Source: a bacterium
GTDB lineage: Bacteria > Zhuqueibacterota > Zhuqueibacteria > Oceanimicrobiales > Oceanimicrobiaceae
Assembly (NCBI GenBank): GCA_046757025.1
Contig: JBHHXN010000077.1
Coordinates: 1-23,397, forward strand
Direction of reading: 5' to 3'
Length of the DNA stretch: 23,397 nucleotides
Shown here one piece after another: positions 17,777 through 23,397 of the stretch (position 1 is its first letter; each line of letters opens with the position of its first letter). The position numbers were made by a program, and so were the translations under genes. Under the pieces are notes generated by a model. That model was given only the letters and a program-made list of their open reading frames with translations. It was not told the origin of the DNA and ran no database searches.

Positions 17777-17850
17777 ACGAATTATGTGAATTCAGGTTAA
17801 GAATAAAATATTAGAAACAATTGATTACATAACTGTGAAACTTGAGTTAA

Positions 17851-18053
17851 TAATTAGTGTCTGACCGAAAATGGTCATTCTGAGGGAGCCCGCAACCAAA
17901 GAAACTTTCCCAGCAGAGTCTATTTGTTCAGAGAAAGAACCCTATGCACGAATTCATCACTTATGCATTTTAGCAAATCAGGTTGCATGAGATTCTTCGT
18001 CGCTGCGCTCCTCAGAATGACAAAATAGGGAGTTTTCGGTCAATCAATAATTA
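17851..18053. mobile_element. MITE family B, long copy
   Basis: terminal IR TAATTAGTGTCTGACCGAAAA / TTTTCGGTCAATCAATAATTA (18/21); internal perfect IR GTCATTCTGAGG (17874-17885) / CCTCAGAATGAC (18010-18021). Confidence 0.75.
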
Positions 18054-18146
18054 AATCTGGAAAGTTTACATGAAATTTTCACTGCAAATTTACAGGCCAC
18101 CTCCGTCAGTTGAATAATAAAATTATCACTCATGAACCCGGTTTAT

Positions 18147-19190
18147 TTATTCAATCGCCCAGTCCAAAATAACCTTCCCAGAGTTCCCGGACCGCATCAC
18201 CTCAAACGCCAGCTCGTATTCTGTAAAATGGAATTTGTGTGTAATCACAGGCGAGATGTCGAGGCCGGTCTGAATCATGGACTGCATAAGATACCAGGTT
18301 TCGTACATTTCGCGGCCGTAGATGCCTTTGATGGTCAGCATATTAAAAATCACCGTGTTCCAATCGATCACCAAATCGCCGCTGGGAATGCCCAGCATGG
18401 CGATTTTGCCGCCGTGGCACATGTTGGCGATCATATCCTTGAACGCGGCCTCGCTGCCCGACATCTCTAACCCAACATCAAAGCCCTCTTTCATTCCGAG
18501 CTCTTTTTGAACCTGCTGCAGACTTTTCTCCCGCACATCCAACGCCATCGTGGCGCCCATTTTTTGGGCGAGCTGCAGCCGGTAGGGATTCAAATCGGTG
18601 GTGACGATGTAACGGGCGCCGGCGTGCCGCGCAATGGCCGTTGCCATCAAACCAATTGGGCCGGCGCCGGTGATCAGCACGTCTTCTCCCAGAACTTTGA
18701 AAGTGAGGGTGGTGTGAGTGGCGTTGCCAAACGGATCGAAAATACTCAGCAAATCCATGGGGATGGAAGGGTCCGCGCGCCAGATGTTGGCGACGGGGAT
18801 GCACAGATACTCGGCAAACGCGCCGGGCCGGTTCACGCCGATGCCCTGCGTGGCGTTACAGAGATGGCGACGGCCAGCCAGACAATTCCGGCATTTGCCA
18901 CAAACGATGTGCCCCTCGCCAGCCACCACGTCCCCAACCTGTAGGTCATGCACATTGCTGCCCATAGCGGCCACTTTCCCCACGAATTCATGTCCCACGG
19001 TCATGGGCACCGGAATGGTGGCTTGCGCCCAGGCGTCCCAATTCCAGATGTGCACATCGGTCCCGCAAACGGAAGTCTTACACACTTGAATCAACACGTC
19101 GTCCATCCCCATTTCAGGAATCGGCACATCCTGCATCCAAAGCCCCGGCCGGTCATGAGCTTTCACCAGCGCTTTCATGGTTTTCTTCAT
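18147..19190 (-). CDS. tdh: L-threonine 3-dehydrogenase
   Basis: [63 protein letters not shown]. Confidence 0.95.
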   Translation of the reverse strand: MKKTMKALVKAHDRPGLWMQDVPIPEMGMDDVLIQVCKTSVCGTDVHIWNWDAWAQATIPVPMTVGHEFVGKVAAMGSNVHDLQVGDVVAGEGHIVCGKCRNCLAGRRHLCNATQGIGVNRPGAFAEYLCIPVANIWRADPSIPMDLLSIFDPFGNATHTTLTFKVLGEDVLITGAGPIGLMATAIARHAGARYIVTTDLNPYRLQLAQKMGATMALDVREKSLQQVQKELGMKEGFDVGLEMSGSEAAFKDMIANMCHGGKIAMLGIPSGDLVIDWNTVIFNMLTIKGIYGREMYETWYLMQSMIQTGLDISPVITHKFHFTEYELAFEVMRSGNSGKVILDWAIE

Positions 19191-19295
19191 TCTGCTGAAT
19201 TCTCCTCGTAAAACATCAATTCATCTCGCACTAATAATGATCATTCGAAATCCAATTTGAAATTTAACATTTGAAGGTTAAACAGTCAAATAAAT

Positions 19296-20672
19296 TCACA
19301 GTTTCTTACGGGCGGCCTGCACCGCGACCAGTACCGGGTCCCATACCGGCGCAAACGGTGGCGCGTAACTCAAATCCAGATAAGCCATTTCATGCAGCGT
19401 CATTTTATTGCACAGCGCCGTGGCAAACACATCGATGCGCTTGCTCACACCCTCTTTGCCGACCATTTGCGCGCCCAGCAAGCGCGCGTTGCTATGGTCG
19501 AAAATCACTGAAATGGTAATTTCTCGGGCACCTGCGAAATAGGCCGCCTTTGCAGGAGCTGTGATAACCACGGCCGCTGGATTGAAACCAAACTGCCGAG
19601 CTGTTTGTAAATCCAGTCCGGTGCGGGCCACCTCCAGGCTGAATACTTTGAAAACCGACGTGCCCACCACGCCTTTAAACGCGCCGAATCCGCCGCCGAT
19701 ATTCTCACCCGCCACTCTCCCCTGTTTGTTCGCTGTGGAGCCCAGGGGAATATAGTCCGGTTTGCCTGTCACCAGATTTTTGACTTCGGCGCAATCGCCA
19801 GCCGCATAAATGTTGGCAACGTTGGTTTGCATTTTCCAGTCCACCGCAATGGCGCCGGTATTTCCCAGACGCACACCGGCCGATTCAGCCAGTGCCGTGT
19901 TTGGCAGCAGACCCATGCAGGACAAGACCAGATCTGCCGGGACAGGCGCGTCGAGGCCGGTTACCGTAACGGCTCGCACGTCACCGGTTTCATCACCGAC
20001 GAATTCTTCCACATTTTTTGAAGTCAAAATTCTCACGTCGTGCGCTTGCAATTCAGCTACCACCTGCGCTGTAAGTCGTTCGTCGAAACCCGGCAAAATT
20101 TGAGCTTCTTTTTCGATGATTGTAACTCCCAGGAAACGTTTACTAAAGGCTTCCGCCATTTCCATGGCGATGTAACCGCCGCCGATAATGACTGCCCGCT
20201 CGGGGCGTTTTTCATCCACGAAAGATTTTATGCGGATGCCATCCTGCAAGGTCTGAACGGTGAACACGTTTTTCAAATCCACGCCCGCGATGTTGGGTTT
20301 GGCAGGCAAACCGCCGGTGGAGAGTACCAGCCGGTCGTATTCAAAACATTTTTCATACAGCGATTCCAGGCTTCGGGCGATCACCGTTCGCTGCACGGGA
20401 TTCACGGCAAGGACCTCGTGCAGAGTCAGCATCTGAATGCCGCGCTGCTCCTCGAACTGTCGCGGGGTGATGGCTATCAATTCCGCAGGCTCGCGCACCA
20501 AATCTGAAATGTAGTACGGAATCCCGCAAGCGCTGTACGAAACATGCGGCGTACGTTCCAGAGCGATCACTTCTAATTGCGGATGGAGACGTTTGGCTTT
20601 GCTGGCCGCGCTCATGCCGGCGGCGTTACCTCCCACTACGATGAGACGTTCCTTGCGAGATTTGTTAGACAT
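19296..20672 (-). CDS. CoA-disulfide reductase / NADH oxidase-like flavoprotein
   Basis: GGNAAGMSAA, SYSACGIPY single redox Cys, GGGYIA, IYAAGDC, LSYAPPF; ATG 20672 preferred to TTG 20690. Confidence 0.9.
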   Translation of the reverse strand: MSNKSRKERLIVVGGNAAGMSAASKAKRLHPQLEVIALERTPHVSYSACGIPYYISDLVREPAELIAITPRQFEEQRGIQMLTLHEVLAVNPVQRTVIARSLESLYEKCFEYDRLVLSTGGLPAKPNIAGVDLKNVFTVQTLQDGIRIKSFVDEKRPERAVIIGGGYIAMEMAEAFSKRFLGVTIIEKEAQILPGFDERLTAQVVAELQAHDVRILTSKNVEEFVGDETGDVRAVTVTGLDAPVPADLVLSCMGLLPNTALAESAGVRLGNTGAIAVDWKMQTNVANIYAAGDCAEVKNLVTGKPDYIPLGSTANKQGRVAGENIGGGFGAFKGVVGTSVFKVFSLEVARTGLDLQTARQFGFNPAAVVITAPAKAAYFAGAREITISVIFDHSNARLLGAQMVGKEGVSKRIDVFATALCNKMTLHEMAYLDLSYAPPFAPVWDPVLVAVQAARKKL

Positions 20673-20686
20673 GTTTCTCAATTCCT

Positions 20687-21568
20687 TCAACCACTCTGTT
20701 GCTCTTTCTTATGCCTGTAGAGCTGAATCAAACCATGCGAACCGAGCTCACCCAATCCCTGTTCTTTAGCTTTTGTAAATAATTGAAAAGCCAACTCAAT
20801 TCCTTTGAAATCTTCAGAAAATTGTTGCGCGGTGTGAAACGCAATGCGTAAGTCTTTTTGCTGCATGCCGAGCTTAAAACCAGGACGCAAATCGTTTTGC
20901 AGCAGCCGCGGCCCGTAGTTGTCCAGCGCCCAGGAACCTGCGGCGCCGCTTGCAACCACCCAATGCACCAACTCCGGCTCCAGACCCACTTTTTCTGCCA
21001 GCACAAAAGCTTCTGACAAAGCCACCGCGTGCAATCCGCAAAAAATCTGATTGATCATTTTCATCCGCTGGCCAGCTCCGTGTCCGCCGCACAGGGTGAT
21101 GTTCTTCCCCATGGTTTCAAAGACAGGCCGACATTTTTCGAATACCGCTTTTTTGCCGCCAACCATGATGGTGAGCGTGCCCTGACGCGCGCCGGCGTCC
21201 CCGCCCGAAACCGGGGCGTCCAACATTTCACACCCGCGGCTCGCTAACTTTTGGGCGATTTCCTCGGTGGCCTCCGGACTGATGGTGCTCATATCGATGA
21301 CGATTTTACCGGGGCTGAGTGCGTGCAGCAAACCGTGTTCACCACAAACAACCTCTTCCACGTCCGGCGTATCGTTGACCATGGTGATGACTATCTCAGT
21401 GACTTGCGCCAACGCCGGCAAAGAATCGGCAACTTTCGCACCCAATTCTCGCAGCGGTTTCGTCTTTTCCGGCGTGCGATTCCACACGGTCAAATCAAAG
21501 CCGGCTTTAAGCAAATTGCTGGACATGGATTTCCCCATGATGCCCAGACCCACAAAACCCATTTTCAT
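20687..21568 (-). CDS. NAD(P)-dependent beta-hydroxyacid dehydrogenase (GarR/HIBADH family)
   Basis: GFVGLGIMG, DMSTISP, LDAPVSGG, KMINQ, QKDL; start may be TTG 21571. Confidence 0.9.
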   Translation of the reverse strand: MKMGFVGLGIMGKSMSSNLLKAGFDLTVWNRTPEKTKPLRELGAKVADSLPALAQVTEIVITMVNDTPDVEEVVCGEHGLLHALSPGKIVIDMSTISPEATEEIAQKLASRGCEMLDAPVSGGDAGARQGTLTIMVGGKKAVFEKCRPVFETMGKNITLCGGHGAGQRMKMINQIFCGLHAVALSEAFVLAEKVGLEPELVHWVVASGAAGSWALDNYGPRLLQNDLRPGFKLGMQQKDLRIAFHTAQQFSEDFKGIELAFQLFTKAKEQGLGELGSHGLIQLYRHKKEQQSG

Positions 21569-21587
21569 CAAAGGCTGTTCCTTTCAT

Positions 21588-22502
21588 TCAAATGATCACT
21601 TCGGCTAATTCTGATATGCGGGGCTTTTGAGAATGAAATTTTAGATCATCCAGCTGAAAACGATTTTCAGCAAAGGCCCTTTCAAATTGCCGCCGATAAA
21701 ACGGCGCTTCAAAATACTGTTTGAGACTTTCCTCGATTGCCAGCACTTGCCAATCGATGAACCAGTTAAAATATTCCTTTTTGCGCAGGTCTTTAATACA
21801 GTTCAATTCCACCGCCCAGGAAGCCATGGTTAAAGGATAACCGTGCAAATCTCTCTGCAGCGCGGCCAACCGGCCCTGACTGGCGGGATCTAAATATTGA
21901 AAAGCCTTTGAAAAAATCACGGCGTTATGATAATGTCCGGGGACCGCCATCAGACCGTCTAAATGGCCTTTTTCGCATAAATAACAGAGCACTTGCATCA
22001 TGGTTCTGGCCAAACCCAGCCCTGAAAAATGCTGACCTGGCAGCCGCTTTTCGTTTACTGTAAAAGATTTAGTGGGATTTTGCAGTAAGAGCCATTCTAT
22101 GAATAACAATTTTCGCTCAGGTGATTTATTTATTGAACCCTGCAAATATTTTGAAGGTAAGCTGCTCTTGTACACCACCAATTCCACCAGCAAATTGACC
22201 TGTGCCTTTTCTCTCGCTAACAAACGCACTTGGTGGCGAGGTGGGCTTGTGAGATCGATTTGCAGCTCGATATCGTGAAATCCTTGTCCGGCTAATTTTT
22301 GCCAGACTTGATATTTTTGAAACAGGGTGAACAGCTCCTGCTTGTCGAAGATGCCCAGAAACCGATTTTCAGCCGTGTGTTTAAAAAGCTGAATTTGGAG
22401 ATCCCGCTCATCGATGAGGATTTCCAGCGATTCTGGCTGTGAGCCCCCTTTAAATTTGTTGAAGTTGAATATTGGGCGACTTGAACTGAATTTTACTGGC
22501 AT
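21588..22502 (-). CDS. conserved hypothetical protein, possible GNAT-like fold
   Basis: long ORF; IEWLLLQNP...LPGQHFSGLGLA...DGLMAVPGHYHNA; ATG 22502 chosen because ORF-track TTG 22541 abuts the -10 box. Confidence 0.65.
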   Translation of the reverse strand: MPVKFSSSRPIFNFNKFKGGSQPESLEILIDERDLQIQLFKHTAENRFLGIFDKQELFTLFQKYQVWQKLAGQGFHDIELQIDLTSPPRHQVRLLAREKAQVNLLVELVVYKSSLPSKYLQGSINKSPERKLLFIEWLLLQNPTKSFTVNEKRLPGQHFSGLGLARTMMQVLCYLCEKGHLDGLMAVPGHYHNAVIFSKAFQYLDPASQGRLAALQRDLHGYPLTMASWAVELNCIKDLRKKEYFNWFIDWQVLAIEESLKQYFEAPFYRRQFERAFAENRFQLDDLKFHSQKPRISELAEVII

Positions 22503-22544
22503 TGGAGCTAATGTTTTTGATGGCGTTTCAATTTCAACCAATGC

Positions 22545-22573
22545 AGTATAAAAATGTTAAACTAAATTGTCAA
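22545..22573 (-). promoter_or_regulatory. sigma70-type promoter heading the minus-strand gene run toward tdh
   Basis: minus-strand TTGACA (22573-22568)-17-TATACT (22550-22545). Confidence 0.75.
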
Positions 22574-22585
22574 CGACTTTTTACC

Positions 22586-22620
22586 AAATAAAAAAGGCTC
22601 GGAAATGAATCCGAGCCTTT
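22586..22620 (-). terminator. intrinsic terminator
   Basis: 11-bp stem AAAGGCTCGGA / TCCGAGCCTTT with U-tract on the minus strand. Confidence 0.85.
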
Positions 22621-22655
22621 GAGGAGGTTACCATGAAAAACATGGAAACGAATAT

Positions 22656-23078
22656 CTAATGCCCGTCTGCGGACTGATACTTTTGCGATGATAAAAAATT
22701 AAAGATAAATTGGTAATTTTGAGTCAACGATTTTTTAATTTCATAACAATGATGATCGGGATTACTGGGCGAAGTATTGTATTTGAATAATTTTGAATCC
22801 GGCGCTGTGAGCTGTGGTTTCGGTTTCAGGCTGAATGACGCCACCTGCTCGACGTCAAATAACAAGTAGCTCAAGCTGCTTTCCTGTAAATCGGATGTGG
22901 CCGAATCGGATGAAGCCGAACCACGGACGTCACTGGAGGCTTTTGCACGAAGATCGCTCTTCACGCTGTTGGACGGAACCTTTTTCCCTCCACCCTCCGA
23001 AAACGCAGAAACCGTGGGTAGATTCATCGTCCAATTGATGAGCAAAAGCGCGGCAGAAAGTTTGAATAATTTTTGCAT
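22656..23078 (-). CDS. hypothetical secreted Ser-rich protein
   Basis: signal-peptide-like N-terminus (MQKLFKLSAALLLINW...VSA), followed by a terminator; no family recognised. Confidence 0.5.
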   Translation of the reverse strand: MQKLFKLSAALLLINWTMNLPTVSAFSEGGGKKVPSNSVKSDLRAKASSDVRGSASSDSATSDLQESSLSYLLFDVEQVASFSLKPKPQLTAPDSKLFKYNTSPSNPDHHCYEIKKSLTQNYQFIFNFLSSQKYQSADGH

Positions 23079-23351
23079 TTTATGACCGTCCTGTTACATC
23101 CTACTTTCCATAACCAATTAAAGTGCGATTTCATTCCTGATTTTTTACATTCCACACGATTTACTTTTCAAATCCAGAAAACAAAGTTGGACTTAAAAGG
23201 CCTTTCACCCGCAGTAAATTCACAGGACTATCCCAAAAGATTTCTTTTCCTGCCAGCCACGTGACCGCGAATTTGCCGCGCTATGCTTTTCATGACAGCC
23301 CAACAAACGGTTGATACACGAAAACTGAAGAATGAAAAATACATTTTTTTA

Positions 23352-23380
23352 TTGATTTTCCAGAATGGATTGTGTATAAT
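23352..23380 (+). promoter_or_regulatory. sigma70-type promoter for a gene beyond the window
   Basis: TTGATT-17-TATAAT. Confidence 0.6.
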
Positions 23381-23397
23381 AACTTATCCAACTGGTG

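Noticed and set aside
1..23397. CRISPR array, tRNA, rRNA or autonomous transposase
   Set aside because: No regularly spaced direct repeats, cloverleaf or transposase motifs seen; the repeats are dispersed inverted-repeat elements

Overview
Bacterial chromosomal window with about 18 CDS, no rRNA, tRNA or CRISPR array recognised. 316-6078 (+) is a metal/iron-uptake locus: a DtxR/MntR-family repressor with a Cys-rich tail, a small CxxC/CxxH protein, an outer-membrane beta-barrel, an FMN-binding protein, a His-containing membrane protein and a cytochrome c-FTR1 permease fusion. Converging on it is a two-gene unit (-): a CcsA/HemX-like membrane protein followed by the most unusual gene in the window, a catalytically dead glutamyl-tRNA reductase (HemA)-like domain fused in frame to a complete sigma54 enhancer-binding protein (AAA+ and Fis HTH). 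This is a candidate heme/tetrapyrrole-sensing transcription system. The rest encodes a B12-binding-like radical SAM enzyme, SulP-STAS-cNMP, a nucleotidyltransferase/small-partner pair, OsmC, kbl, tdh, a CoA-disulfide reductase-like protein, a beta-hydroxyacid dehydrogenase and two hypotheticals. Several intergenic spacers hold MITE/REP-like elements, one apparently nested, and there are two sRNA candidates. All family calls come from motif recognition by eye; no database search was run.
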